Shown here: piece by piece, positions 134,056-150,099 of the stretch
Layout of the letters: every line of letters starts with the position of its first letter
Numbering within the stretch: position 1 is the stretch's first letter
Source: Rhodosorus marinus CCMP1338
Lineage: Eukaryota > Plantae > Rhodophyta
DNA length: 248,000 nucleotides
Reading direction: 5' to 3'
NCBI GenBank assembly: GCA_029953675.1
Contig: JAMWBK010000008.1
Span: 1,632,001 to 1,880,000, forward strand
The notes under the pieces: generated by a model
The model's input: the letters and a program-made list of their open reading frames with translations, nothing else
Databases searched by the model: none
What the model was told of the DNA's origin: nothing
Translations under genes and position numbers: made by a program

Positions 134056-135609
134056 CTTTCAAAAACAAAAAAATACTCCCTTTCTTCTCGTACTCTCTTT
134101 CCTCGTTCTCTTCACATTCACCCTCGTCGTCCAACACATGCACTTCATCCATTCACCTCTTCCCGTCGTCCTATAAGTACCCTTCCCAATGCCATTACAC
134201 CATTCCACTTCTCCAGATCCAAATCGCAACTCTGCCACCCGAGAAACTTCCATGCCGCCTCTAATAAAATAAAACCGAAAAAAATCCTTTTTCCCATGTT
134301 TCTCGAAATCTAGTGGCTCTAAGAGATATCCTAGAATATTATTTATTAAAATAAATAAACATAGTATCCACCTCAGCTAAAATTCTAGAAATATGTGGAA
134401 TATTCTAGACGAATCATTTCCTCCTAAATAATATAGTCCCTTTTTATTGGATATCTATCCCGCTTGAGATCTTGAATTAGATAATAATTAGTATGGAATG
134501 TCCTCAACGGATTTATTGTTGGCCTAGAACTAGTTAGGATTTCTGGTTTACTAGATATCGATATGTCTTAATTATGACCTTTTTTAGATGAATACTTTGA
134601 ATTTTAGGGGTATATTGGAAAGAAATGGTATTATTTAGTGTCGGAAATCTTTTTATAGGGTTGTCGTGTTTTTGATGTGGCATCAAAAATAACATTGAGG
134701 TTGGCATTGCTGGCATTCGGTGTTGTCCGAGTTGTGCGTTTTTTTATTTGTGTGCTTTCCGTGCTCACCTCTTTAACCAGCACTAGATTTTGCTGGAAGG
134801 TGCTCTGGCATCGGTATCTGAAAATCCCTCCTTGTATGGTCGGTTTTCACGCTGTATTTACACCCACCGAAGTTCGAGTGCCGATCTCTCCATGAGATCT
134901 GGTGAAACCGGGTTCAGTCCATAGTTGTTCTCAGTTCTTGTAACGTATTTTTGGGGGTGTAAGTGTGTATCCAAGGATTGTTATGTCAGCCACCAGTCTA
135001 AGCCGTATGTGATGCTGAGTTTCTTTATTTCCGTACGCCGCCGCAGACGTTGCGCTTGTAGTCTGTTCGAGGTTTGGCATGACTCATCAGTAAAAACTCC
135101 ACACGACATACATATGCTAGGCATCTTCAGTAACACAACACCAGTAAGCGCCCCATCCAAACAAAGCCCTCCACCACAGACAACAGAGTACTCGATAATC
135201 CCTGCCGTGCCTCCAGACCCTTCCGATCCCCTGAAATCATCCAATCCACTCCGCTCGTGTACGAGCAAATCATTCGATCACCAAGTATCATCTATCATAT
135301 CTGAAATTTGTGATGTGCACCTGCACAGAGGGCGGAAACCTCCCTTCACCTCGCTCGAAGCCTGAAAGGCATTATGATGATTGTTTTCAATCAAAAACAA
135401 TCATCAATCACTAGGATAATAAAGATTGATTCTCACTCAATTTCGCATAATCGATTGACTCTCTATCATTATCCTGGATATTGACTGTAGTTAAGAAAAA
135501 TTCCCACAATTTAGATTTGTCAAGTGGGACAGTAAGCCAGGAGCGTAAAGAGGTCTCTGGAACTATTGCTGTCCCAGATAGTGATGAGACTTGTCTTCTT
135601 GAGCGGAAG

Positions 135610-136060
135610 GCTTTCATCGCCTTTGCCGCTTTTGAGGAGCTTCAGGTTCGGAGGCGTTTGGATTGCCTTTGGACTGTTTGCGATCTAAAGGCTTCTCTGG
135701 TGAGCTTTCAAATGCTTGATTTGTATTGTCCTGTTGAAGTCGTTGAGGCTCTTCTTCGGAGCTCAAGTGTTTCCATCGCCTTTTGTGGATTTGAACAGCT
135801 TCACATTTGGAGTCGTTTCGGATTTGCTTTTGCGCTGCGATTCGTCCTGTTGAAGTCGTGCAAAGGCTCCTCGTCTGAGCTCAAGCGTTTCCATCGCCTT
135901 TGCCGCTTTGAAGAGCTTCAGTTTCGGAGTCGCTTGGATTTCTTTTAGACCGTTTGCGATCCAAAGGCTTCTATGTTGAGCCTTTTAAATGTTTCATCGC
136001 CTTTGTCCTATTGAGGGCCTTCAGTCTCAAGAGTCGTTATGGATTGCCCTTGACTTTTTT
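135610..136060. repeat. Degenerate ~110-140-bp tandem repeat
   Basis: CATCGCCTTTG..GAGCTTCAG..GGAGTCG..TGGATT repeated about 4 times. Confidence 0.6.
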
Positions 136061-136200
136061 GTCTAAAGACCTTTTTTTAACGCTTCTCCGCTGAGGTGAG
136101 GTTTGGTGTTGGGCTTGGGGTGGGGGTTTCGTGGAGTGAAGGGGAAGAGCGAAGTGAATGTGTACATATTATACTGGGAGCGGACCCATTTTTGTTTAGC

Positions 136201-139200
136201 AATGGGTGAAGTTGCTGAAGGCTTTGAGACTGGGCTGAAGGAATTCGAAAGCCGGATCGGGGGATGCGAGCACGCGCTGAATTTGTTTGCGAGTGCCGGC
136301 GATCGAAAGGCTTTGGAGCTGGTTGAAAGAGAGTTAAAGGCCGTTGGCGGGGTTTTGGAGGATTTAAGTCTTCTACCTGATGAATTGGAAACCAACGAGG
136401 AGTCGGACGCAGCTTGGTCCCGTCTGGAAATTGCAAGGACAAGCCGAGAGGAGTTGTCCAAACAAATGCGTCGGCTTGTGCAGGAAAACCGCGCGGTTCT
136501 TGCAAATGCAGCGAGACAGGAGCTCCTCCAGGCTGCTCAGAAAGATACTGGAAAGGGAGAGAAGTCAAGCATGGGACAACTCGCAACCTCAATCACGTCA
136601 GGCATGAGGAGAACACATGCCCTCCTAGAGAACGAAGTAGCCAGGACGTCCACAATCACAGAGGTAGATGCTGACTTCCAAGCACCACTCCAAGTAGACG
136701 CTCACTAAACGCTCTCATACCAACTCCCCAAAACAGGTCGTTGAGGACCAAACTTCAACCATAACCAAGACCGGAGACGTCTATCGAGATCTAGGCGCTA
136801 AAGTAACCACAGGACAGGGCACAGTACGACGGCTACGAACAAGGTAACCTTTCCAAGCTCCAACACGAATCTGGAATCTCTTCCATAGCACCATCTCGAG
136901 CTCTATCCTAAGGCTACTCCATCCTAAGGCTCTTGCAGCCCGAAGAGAGTACGTCAGGACCCGGCGCTTCGGGTTACTTCGCGGGCCACTTAGCTCAGTA
137001 GAGTTCGCTCAATAGATCCATTTTGGACCCAAGTAGATAAACTTTTAAGACTGGAACCACTAATCTGAACGCACCTTCCCGTCTTCTTCGTCAAATCCAT
137101 TAGAGAGAGAGCTGAGCGATGGGCCGTAAACGTTGCTATGATTTTCTTCCTGGTGTCGGTAGCGTTTGTACTTCAGCGTCGTGTGAGCAACACCTTTGTG
137201 GTTCGAAGAGTGGTAGAACCCGCCAGTCGTGGAGTCTTCATGGCTTTGAAATGGCCTGTCGCTCAGTTGAAAGAGCAGCTTGGGATCGACTTCGATGAGA
137301 CCTCACTGGGTAGCATGTTAGGGAAGAAGGATCCTTTCAGTAGTGGCTCAGCTCTTGTGGATTTAGGGTCTCAAGGCGATGATGAGGATGATGAAGTGGG
137401 GGGTATTAAAGCGTTCAAGAAGCTGGAGAGAGAGAGGCAGTTTAAGAACAAGAAGACTCCGCTTGTGGAGTATGTGGTCATGCCCGAGGAAGAGGATCCA
137501 TCTTGGGAGCCACCGTTCGACTTGGAAGGAGACAACGAAGGTGAGATCGATGAGAAAAGGGAAGAACCTTCCGATGAAAGAGAGCCAGAGCCAGGTTTGG
137601 GAATGGGCGAACAGAAGGAAGCAGTACCTACTGATGCAGGAGAACCAGAACCTGGAACTGGACTAGGTGAACAGAAAGAAGCGAAAGAATCTGATGCAAG
137701 AAGAGAACCAGAGCTGAGTGAGGGAATAGAGGAACAGCAAGAAGCAACAAAATCTGCTGAGATTGGGGACGGTCGAGATGACGACCTTGACGAGCGCGTG
137801 AGGGCCCGACAGGCGCGGATAAGAGAGCGAAGGAGAAGAAGATATGAGCAAGAGGATGCCGGTCCATCCACTGAGATCCTGACGGAAGACCCTGAGCAGG
137901 CCCAGGAGCGTGAGATCGAGCAAAACCTTGAGCAAGAGCGCGTAGAAGAAGAAATCAATGAACATTTCAAGCTGGAGTCGGTCGACGATGAGAGGGATAT
138001 CGAACTCGAGACTTTTTCTGGTGAGTTCACTCTGACTTGTGCTCGCGGGCGCCGTGGAGGTCTTCGACTTGCCCCTTTATTCCTCATTACGTGATCACGG
138101 AGTGCTTCCCCTCATTTTTTTTATCTGTTGTCGTATGAGCTAGAAGACGGAGCGGAGTCTCAGGAGGAAGGCGAGGAAGAAGTGGTAGAACCCGGCTGCG
138201 AAGCCAGCGGAGACGGCCAGTGCAAAGCCGTTGGAGAATCCGAAGAGAAGAAATCGATCGATGATAAACGAGGTGATTTCTTGAACATGTGGAAAGGTCG
138301 ATGTGCTGGGGACGCATTATGTGGCTAAACATCTTTTTCTGTTGTCCAAATGGTTCTGTTCAATCCGTACGGTGTAGATCTTGAACAAGATGATGATGGC
138401 TTTGGAGATGAAAGCGAACTCTCGTCGGAAGATAGCTCTAGCGAAGGTGACTACATAGCAGACGCAGAACAAGAGACAGCGGCTGCAGTCGAGGACGGCG
138501 ATGTCCGGAAAGATCTTGAACAAACTCGCGAGATTTCTTCGGAGTCGGAGCTGGTGACTGATGAACAAGAGAATTTGGTGGAGGACGGAGAGCAGGCTGC
138601 TCTCGAGGTGCTGAACGACGAACCTTCAGGAGTCGGAGAGGATTCAGATGAAGGTGGTCCTGGAATAGAAGGAGACTCCGGCGCCGTGCTTGAGGAGAGC
138701 AACGTGCAGCAGGTGACAGATCACGCAGGAGAGCTTGTGATTGACAAAGAACATGGCCAAATTGAAGCAAAGGAAGAGGAAGAGGAGAGATCCGCGCCTT
138801 TGAGCGACGATAGAGCAGGGAAGGAGAAGGAAGAAGATCTCTCTGTGGCATTCGGAGAGGAAGCCGGTGAGACCCTCCTGACTGGGAATGGAGCTGGACC
138901 GGAGGAAGAGCACGACTCACGAACCAAGAGCGAGGAGGGAATTGTGCGGGAAGCAGAGTACTCGCTGTCTGAGGCTGAGGCTCCTGCCGGCGCTCATAAC
139001 CCTGACATGCACATAAATTCCGATCAGCACCCTGAATCACGTGCAGACGATGATAAGGCCGAAGACACCGAGATGGAGCGTGTCGAGGATGGCATGGACC
139101 ATGGCGATGAAATCAGCGAAGAGCATGTAGTCGAAGTATCTGCCGAAGAGGCTGAGCAGGTTGATCCTGAATCTGCCGTTGATGATCAAAGCTACGACAT

Positions 139201-139867
139201 GGGTATGGGGAAAGAGTCTCAGTACACTGTAGATAGGGTGGAGAGCTTGGAGGAAGAAACTTCAGGAGGAGACAGAGGGAATCTAGAGCAAGGTTCCGAA
139301 GGCAGTTGGGCAGGCGAACCCACTACGCGGGCGCAACAGGCAGAGGAGGAAATGGGTGAAGGGACTGCAGAACATGAAGAGTTCGTGGAAGCGTCGGGTC
139401 AAGAAACTAATGAACTGAACAGCTACTCGCATGTCGCAGTTGACGATGAGAGCTCCGACGAAACTCACCACGGCAACACTGACGGCGATAAACTCAAACG
139501 CGATTCTCAAGCCGCGGAAATGGATGAAGTTATCGATGAGAGCACGATCGCCTCCGACATTGGAGTTCGCTCTGAAGCGCAGGACGTCGAAGGGGACTAT
139601 GAAGAACACGGAGTTGGAGAGGACGAGGACGCCGGGGCGCCAGACGATATTCCAAGTATGGAGGCTCATGTTCGGGTCGGTGCAACTCCTTCAGACACCA
139701 CGGAGTCCACGCTCGAGGAGGAAACCGCTGGGGAGGCTCTCACGCTTGAGCACTTTGCTGATCAAGTGGATCCATCCAGTCCGAACGCGAGTGAAAATCT
139801 ACTTGATGAGGAAGGCAACTACGTTTTCGAGCACGAGGCAAACCAATTCGAAGAATACGAATTATGA
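136201..139867 (+). CDS. SEC20: Sec20-like ER SNARE with a very long acidic C-terminal extension (multi-exon)
   Basis: ITSGMRRTHALLENEVART Sec20-type SNARE; RERAERWAVNVAMIFFLVSVAFVLQRR TM; in-frame GT-AG introns into the acidic ORFs; ends EEYEL. Confidence 0.68.
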
Positions 139868-140304
139868 GCCTAAAAGCTGTAGATCGTTCAGAGTAAAGAT
139901 ATGCTCGTATGCGCGTGGAGCAGATTCGCAACAGAAAAGCAAATTAGTATAGGAGCTAGCACTGATGCCGATGATCACGAATCCATTGCGGAGACAGTGT
140001 CCGAAGAACATAGTTCCGGGATTTTGGCTTGAACCAAGGGATGGAGTAGTTGAGGAAGGACGAGACCTCGTGCGCGGGAGTTTCTCTTTCTTAAACCCCC
140101 CGGGCTTTCCCAGTCGCTACACCGAGGATGTGGGCTGTTTGGTAGTGCCGCCTTATCGGAATGCAAGAGTTCCCTGTTAAACATGAATGCCAGCTTCTAT
140201 CTCATTTATTTAACAGCTGCAGCTCAATAGGAGGGAGCTCCTGAGGATAGGGGAGCCGTACGCCCTCCTTCAGAAATATCCCGGGCCGGAGTGGCGAGTA
140301 TTGC

Positions 140305-141792
140305 TCAAAACATGGATTGGTTGGGCGGCACGGCACAGATCCCACTATAGTCGAGGAGGGTGCCGTTATACAACGTCGTGGTTACCTCAGATCTGTCCCA
140401 CGGGAGGTTGAAGACGAACCTGGCTTTGATTCTCGCTTTTCCGTACGTCTGCTCGAAGGGCAGGCCCTGGATTTGACGATTGATGGTCGCGGAGTAGAAG
140501 CCGGCCTCATCGATGGTCGTTGAGTACCACCTCGTGCTGAACCCTTTGTTGTTACCGTTCTCGTTCCAAAACACTAGCCAGTAGTGAACCGTTCCAATCG
140601 GACTATCCGCGTGCAGTGTGAACGAAAACTGAAGGTTGAAAGGGCATTCGTCTATTACAGGAGGCGGCGGGCCATGGAAGGACTGCAACTTCAACATCCT
140701 CGCCCTCGTAAAGCTCTTATACTTCACTTGGAAGCACCATTCCAGGGGTGGCAGCTCGACGGGGGTAGGTCCTGGAGGAGGCGGTCCTGATGGATATGGA
140801 GTTGGCGTTGGCGTCCAACCATGGCCACCCCCAACGTTTGTTACTCCCAGAAGCTCAACGTGGTCCGGGAACCAACTTCGAAACGCGGGTATGGAGGTGA
140901 CATGATTTTCGACGGGGTAGGAGGAGGACGCTGCTCCTTGAGTATACCTCGCCTCCCCGAGAAAACGGAAATATAGCTGCTCATAGATCAAGTCGTTGAC
141001 TGGGTCCATTATTGAGGCCTGCACGTGATCCTTGGCGAGCTCCTGCTGGAGGTTCAGGAGGATGCTCGATCCAATCACATCGTTAACCGCCTCGAGCTTG
141101 CCTGAAATATTTGCTATGTGGCTATTCATCCAGAATGGAGATGATATCGAACCCACAGACATCTCAACGGCCTCAGGTGAAAGTTTCAATCGCCACTCCT
141201 GACCCCTTGTGTAGTAGGACTCAAATCCGTAGGTGACGGTGATTTTATAGTCGATTAGATCACCTCCGTAGCCCTGGTACCCGTCCTGACATTTTGTCAT
141301 CGTGTCGTCTCTGAAGCACCCGACTCGGGTTTCCATTCCAGACGTATCCATGGTGAACTCTTGCAGTAGGAAAGAGTCGTCGCTGCCTTGGTGAGTGTCT
141401 ATGAGGTACTTTGTCGAACCAGAAAGTATCTCGCTCAAATAAATCTCGTAATTCCTGTTCGAATTTGGCTCTAGTGGACTCTTCTCCAACGGCGTCGCTG
141501 GGGCGTTCACAAGGTGCTTCGTTCCTCCGTTGGAAAGCTGGATCCAGCTGCCCTGTGGGTCGTGGAACCTTGTCTGTGCGTCTATCCATTGTCCATAGTT
141601 GTTCAGCTGAATTCTGAATTGGCTCAGCTGCGGCACGATGGCGTTGTAAACATAACCAGTGTGTATACAGAAATCCTGCACAACACTCAAATCTCTTGGT
141701 GTCTCGTTGCCCACTTCCTTCGGAGGCGTAGGAGCCCCACAGGCCATTCCAGAAATCACTAGCCAACACCATAAGAGCTGGAATGCCACCAT
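140305..141792 (-). CDS. Uncharacterised secreted protein with a Pro-rich hinge
   Basis: Signal peptide, 495-aa intronless ORF. Confidence 0.65.
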   Translation of the reverse strand: MVAFQLLWCWLVISGMACGAPTPPKEVGNETPRDLSVVQDFCIHTGYVYNAIVPQLSQFRIQLNNYGQWIDAQTRFHDPQGSWIQLSNGGTKHLVNAPATPLEKSPLEPNSNRNYEIYLSEILSGSTKYLIDTHQGSDDSFLLQEFTMDTSGMETRVGCFRDDTMTKCQDGYQGYGGDLIDYKITVTYGFESYYTRGQEWRLKLSPEAVEMSVGSISSPFWMNSHIANISGKLEAVNDVIGSSILLNLQQELAKDHVQASIMDPVNDLIYEQLYFRFLGEARYTQGAASSSYPVENHVTSIPAFRSWFPDHVELLGVTNVGGGHGWTPTPTPYPSGPPPPGPTPVELPPLEWCFQVKYKSFTRARMLKLQSFHGPPPPVIDECPFNLQFSFTLHADSPIGTVHYWLVFWNENGNNKGFSTRWYSTTIDEAGFYSATINRQIQGLPFEQTYGKARIKARFVFNLPWDRSEVTTTLYNGTLLDYSGICAVPPNQSMF

Positions 141793-143946
141793 ATTGATCA
141801 GATTCAGACCTCGCTCTCTTATTAATGGATCAGTTTCCTGCGCCCGTCTCCCCTAGGCTATATCACTCCACCACTGATGCCAATCCCCAGTCTAGACTCA
141901 CGGTCAATTGTCTTTATGTACCCACCCAAAGATGCCGTGTTAAGAAGTTCTTTCGTCGTTGTGGAACAATGAGGCACTCCTTAACTCTTTGGATTATTGA
142001 AATAGACGTATCGCCACGGGAACACACTCAGCATTCCTCCAGTCAAGCTACCATCGAATCCATCAGACAAAATGAGGAGGGGTTGGAATTTGAAAAAAGC
142101 AAGTAAAACACACTTCACGCGTCAGGAATTAGAAAGGAAACCATTCTGAACAGGACTATCCACAACCAAAATCAGTGGTACTCCAAAGTTCCATAGCCAA
142201 ACCTACCCCCCTCCTCCCAATACACCGCAGGATGTTGAGAGCCATCCGACCCCCTTCACCGTGCCCTCACCGGGCCCTCACCGGAATCGACATTTTTTGC
142301 TTAATATCGTAATTATATAGCGTATATCTCCCATATATTGTTAAAATCTCTGAAAACAATATTTTTAATAAGTAAAAAAGAGTAACTGGTTTTGGGATTT
142401 TTATTACTATAATATGTTATTTTGATCGTATATATGGTCAATTCGGAAGATCCCGGTATCCAATCATTGATCATCGTTGTGCGAGACCACGCTGAGAGGA
142501 TGGAAACTAGGCTGAGAAGTGGGAACTGGGGCCCATGGAACTAATGTGGAATGAGAATGCCACAACGCTACAAGTCACATGCTTGTGACTTCCCTGTCCC
142601 TGTTCAAGGACACCCACTAGAGGTGGCTCCTTTTTTTTTCAGTATGCTGCTGATAGCACTCGGCAGTAGAGATAGAAAACCCGAGGGCTCGTCACCACGG
142701 TGGCAAAATGCAGAAGCCATGAACCGCCAGTGAGTTTCGACATCAAAAGAAACCCGGTGAGGCACAGGTGATTGCAGGGCGGTCACAGTCGTAAGGGCCT
142801 CCTGGTGTATACAACCGCGTTGTTGGAGTACGCACGATTCAATCAGCATCCAACTAAGTACCTTGAGAGTGTCCGAATAAGTTATCTTCTTCAGATGGCC
142901 TGACACCGGGTGAGATCTTCAGTAGTGGCTCTCAACCCTTTGCTTCAATATTTACAAACCAGCCTGTGCGCAGCTCGTCAGTTGCCAGAGTCCACAATCC
143001 GACGCGAAGATACCTGCTCTCCGTGCACAGCAGGGAGACAATTCAGGAGCAGGCCATCGAGTAGGGATGGCTTGGTAACGTTGAATCTGATTTCTCTACC
143101 TCCAGCCTAATCACACCCACAATACATTGATCTGACCACAGCGCGCTCTTTCCCTTTGATAATGATTGATGAACTAATAATGATTGAAGGTCACGTCGCG
143201 GGTGCCTCTTTCAAGCCTCCCACAACTTAGGGACAATTGCTATCGATCTGCTTAACCTTAGAGTGGTTTCGATTTCATAGACTCTGCTGGCTCCCGTTTG
143301 GGTTTGTGTCTTCCTGTGTGCTACACAAGTTTTACGATGTATTGTGTAGCTTGGCTTTGCAGAGATCGGTAATCTTATCCATCCGCGGCGTGGGTGTGTC
143401 TATCTCGACCCTATGAAGCCCCTTTGACAGTCCCATCGGTAGAAAATCTTTTGTAGTAGATCAGTTCGACTTCTCCTAAGCAGTCCAAACCTCTACAAAT
143501 CGAAAGGTTAAACGCGCTAAACGACGTATAGATCGGTCACGGCGATACCCGCAGAAGCGTCCAAGCGGGACCCAAGAGAAGCTTTGAGCTCCTGCATGTG
143601 TTTCACTAGTTCCTTTGGGTGGCGGACTGTGGCTATGAGCTATCGATTAGCAACAAGGTCTCCATTCTTGGACCTACTGCAGGCTCCTTGACCTCCATAG
143701 GGGTTCAGTTACAGAAAAGTATAACTGAAATACTTTTCTGATGGACGAAAAGACCAACAAGAAGAAAGGCTCAACCCGCGAAGGAGTTTGGGTTTCTATT
143801 AAGGTCCTTTCAGTTTGCTGGTGACGGCTTTGGAAGAGGGTAGCAGGTACCTTGCTCATCTTTTTTTTCAAGGAAGAAGGCGAAGGTTGGAGTAGGAGGT
143901 AGGAGCACCGGCCGACTTCGGGAGGAAGTCCATAAATTTTTGTGGT

Positions 143947-144495
143947 ATGATGCAAGCGACAAGGAAAACGATGCACTTTGGGATAAGGAGGCTATTCCAC
144001 ACGAGTAGAAGCAGGTTAAATAAGTTTATGCTTATCCCGTTAACGAAAGAGGATAAGTGCTTGGATAGGAAGGCGTATGACCCGCAAAGGGAGAAGAAGC
144101 GACTAACGGGGTTTCACAAAGAGCTCACGAGAGCCGTGGAGCGCGTTTTGCCGATGAGTGAACTTCTAATGAAAGCCGAAATTTACGTTGATGATATAGT
144201 TTTGGACAAACGCGGTCGCAATGCAACCATTGTTTTCACCAGTGGGCTAGTCCGGAATGGGAATTGGCTGGGTCCGGATCTGATAGAAGCACTTCACAAC
144301 GAATGGATGACCTACCGAGACTATGTGGGCCGTGCCTACCGATCGAAAATTAGAACGGGGCCGTTACCATCAATAAAATTCGAGTACGCTGCAGTCCCGG
144401 AAGGAGGCGGTCACAAGGAGAGAATGGCAGCCTTTATAAGAAACGTGAAGCAGAAAGGGACGAAGTTGAAGGATCCTGTTCCAATGGAAGATTAG
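143947..144495 (+). CDS. RbfA-like protein (probably mitochondrial)
   Basis: Presequence-like N-terminus; IYVDDIVLDKRGRNATIVF and PSIKFEY resemble the RbfA KH-like fold. Confidence 0.55.
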   Translation: MMQATRKTMHFGIRRLFHTSRSRLNKFMLIPLTKEDKCLDRKAYDPQREKKRLTGFHKELTRAVERVLPMSELLMKAEIYVDDIVLDKRGRNATIVFTSGLVRNGNWLGPDLIEALHNEWMTYRDYVGRAYRSKIRTGPLPSIKFEYAAVPEGGGHKERMAAFIRNVKQKGTKLKDPVPMED

Positions 144496-146313
144496 CCAAA
144501 CTCTACGGCTGAAGAAATTTGCGAAGACTTACAACTCGGGAGAATATGGCTCTATAGACTCAGCGAGGCACTGATATGGAAACGCGAGATGCTTGAGTGG
144601 AGCCTGAAGCATGATAGAAGAGAGTATTAATATACTACTTGCCCTCAAGGTTATGTTGAGCTGGAAAGATCTGTATCGTGTTCACCTAGGCGGATCAAGG
144701 AGCGGTCTTGTCGTCGGACGGGCTTGACATGTGGGAATACTCATGAGCGTCGCTGATCGAGGACCATTGTGCGGTCTCGGAAGTCGGAAGTTGCCTTGTA
144801 TCCTGCTCATCGGGGATACAGAGAGATGAGAATCTGTCCGCACTCCATTTATGCATTCTTGCTCTAGAGTGGAGGACGTGGAAGCGAGTTGGAACGAAAC
144901 CTTTCCCACATCGCAAGTGGATACTCGATCGGAAACAGGGGATTCACCCCCAGAGCGCGCATGTGCACTCAAGCATCGCGAGACTGAGATATGGCTTTCC
145001 AGAAACTTCAAAATACAATGCGTATGGCGTGCCCACATGCACCAAACTGAAGCGCCACTGAGACTGCATGCGAACTCGAGCTTATCGAGTTCCGTGGTAA
145101 CATAAAGAGACAAGACGGTCAAGGCTACAGCAGGATTTAACGCGTAGAAGACAACTCTCACCAGTCTGCAGAGGACAAGGTCTGACCACCTGGGAGTGGA
145201 CAATTCTCATTTTTCTTTTTTCACGAGCTCTTGGAGGCCAATGTCCCAACCCTCAAATGAACATAAGGACGCGTGTTCTGAAATGGTTGCATACAATCAA
145301 ATGAACGAGAAGCGATCATTGGATTTTTGACACGCGTGCAGGGATATCTATGGTGCTTAGAGACACGTGTCAAGTGTTCGTGGGTTAGTCTGGATATGTT
145401 AGGATATTATACCCAAAAACAATAAAAATTCAAATAATCAAGAACGAACTAGAGTTGGTAGGGGTAGATGATAGTGTTGAGAGTTAATATCCTCAGTTAT
145501 TTGATAAACTGTTTTACTTTTTTGCATTGGCGTGTGTTGAGCCCCCCCCCCTAATATTCGGCGGTTGAAGATTTCCTCCGCGCCCCATACTTAATTAAAG
145601 GCCAGTATTTAGGAGGAGTTTTTCATTCATTCCTCCGCAAATGAGTTCTATTGCAAAACCCATCGTCAATTTTGAGGAATATTAAGGACACTATTTGTCG
145701 TAAAAGTCGATCTCAATCACCCCCCCTCCGGTGATGCAAAGGCACAGAAACCCTAAGAAAACTTCGTAGAAAATGACCAAGATATCTCCAAAACTAGAAT
145801 ATGCATCCCATTCCATCAACAAATATCTCTTCGATAAAGATCCGACCATTCAACCCCCCTCCCCTTTTAGAAACGATCAAAACGTAAAAATCCGACATCC
145901 GATTTGAGACGTCATTTTCATACCGAAAACCGGACTCATCTCCGTACAAACTAAAATTACTATAGCAACACCATTAAAAATTATAAATTACATTTATAGT
146001 ACATGTATATTAAGTATTATTTACCGTAAAACTATTCTGCTGTCTCTTATTAAATCCTGATCTAGGTTTTTCCACCGCGGATAAATATCTTCACCCCCTC
146101 AAATATATCCAAAGTTTGTTTTTTATTAGTTTTTAGGGCCAAAACTACACGCGGGGCACATTTCGCGAAATCCGATCTAACGGTGATGCACGGGATTGGT
146201 AAGTCTCTGTCGGGATATGCTTTGGAACTGGAGAGTGAGAAAAAACAAAAGGGGGTTTGGGGGGTGGCTTTGGATTCTGGTATCATATTCTTACTGAGTT
146301 GAGATAGTAATTT

Positions 146314-146350
<37 letters not shown>

Positions 146351-146505
146351 AGAGAGAGAGTATATATAGAGTGCCGGGTTGGGTTAGGGGAAGCGTAGGG
146401 GAGGGTGCGGGTGAGGAGAGGATTGGTGTGGAGGCGGTTTTAATATTTGGGAGGGAGAAGTATTTTGGATTTGGTGTTTGGGTTTGGATTTGGTTTTTGG
146501 GAAGG

Positions 146506-148994
<2,489 letters not shown>

Positions 148995-149469
148995 ACATAT
149001 GGACACGGCGAAGGCCAGAGAGGCAGTTTGGACAAAATCATCAACATGGCATATATGAGGAGAGAAACGGAGATCTTTTATTGTTGATTTGTTTGCACAT
149101 CCGTGGTCTCTGCTTTGGGAGAAATTTATTCCGGCGTCTGTAAACAGTAGAAAGCGTGTCAGTCTACAGCTCCCGTCCGGAAGTATCAAAGTCTAGAATT
149201 TTATTTCTTCCCCCTCACCCGGTTGTCTCACATCTTCTTAGTAAGTCTACAGATTTGGTTCGTTTTTAGTCATAGCTTTGTAATCACGAGAAATAAAACA
149301 AAAAATAAAGAAAAAAATTAATAATGTTCGTTCATTATAGTCTTCCAGCTCGATGGCCGGGGGCTTTGCATACGAATTGTTGATGTGTGCCAGCTAGAGC
149401 GGAAGTGGAGTATTTATTGTATAGTAGCGTCGAGCCAGAGATGACTGGACTGTTTTTTGATGGCAATCT

Positions 149470-150099
149470 CTAGTCATTCCTACCGTCGGTAGTTGGATCA
149501 AGCGCGCTTGGATCCATTGTATTCTGACCTTTTCGAGAAGCTCTGTTCTTGCTGTCAATGAGCAAGTATTGCGCGTCAATATCGGCTGGAGTATCCACGT
149601 ACATCAGACCTTTCTTTCCGAGCGGTGCAATGAAATCAAAGTGAAAGTCTTCAACAGTTTCGTCCGGGTTCCTCAATCTGGAATCCATGAGTAGGTGATT
149701 AGGATTCGCCTCTACTCTAATTCCGGACATTAGAAGAGTTTCAAGCATCCCGAAGAGCCTTGCACGATTCAGTCGACGACTTGATTGCTTTTTTCGATCA
149801 GTGGGGTACGCCATTTGCGGACGCAACCACAGCGTTTTTATACCGCGCTCTAAGCATTTTCCCCCGATGATCGAGGCCAATTTCCATGCGGCGGCAGCAC
149901 TGTGCGAAGGTCCGTGGTAGGGTACAAAACGCGTAATGAATTCGTCCTCTGCTGTGGACATGTACAAGACGTTCCGGGAATTGCTGTGGGTGTCCGCAAC
150001 TCCCAACCACGTAGAAGCTGCGTTCAATCCCACTGATAGCATATATCGCCGCTTCATGAACTCACGAAGCCGATCAGGCTGTGGCCATGCAAGAGGCAT
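149470..150099 (-). CDS. Organellar ribosomal protein uL18-like
   Basis: LYMSTAE..AAAAWKLASIIGGKCLERGIKTL matches the uL18 pattern. Confidence 0.55.
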   Translation of the reverse strand: MPLAWPQPDRLREFMKRRYMLSVGLNAASTWLGVADTHSNSRNVLYMSTAEDEFITRFVPYHGPSHSAAAAWKLASIIGGKCLERGIKTLWLRPQMAYPTDRKKQSSRRLNRARLFGMLETLLMSGIRVEANPNHLLMDSRLRNPDETVEDFHFDFIAPLGKKGLMYVDTPADIDAQYLLIDSKNRASRKGQNTMDPSALDPTTDGRND

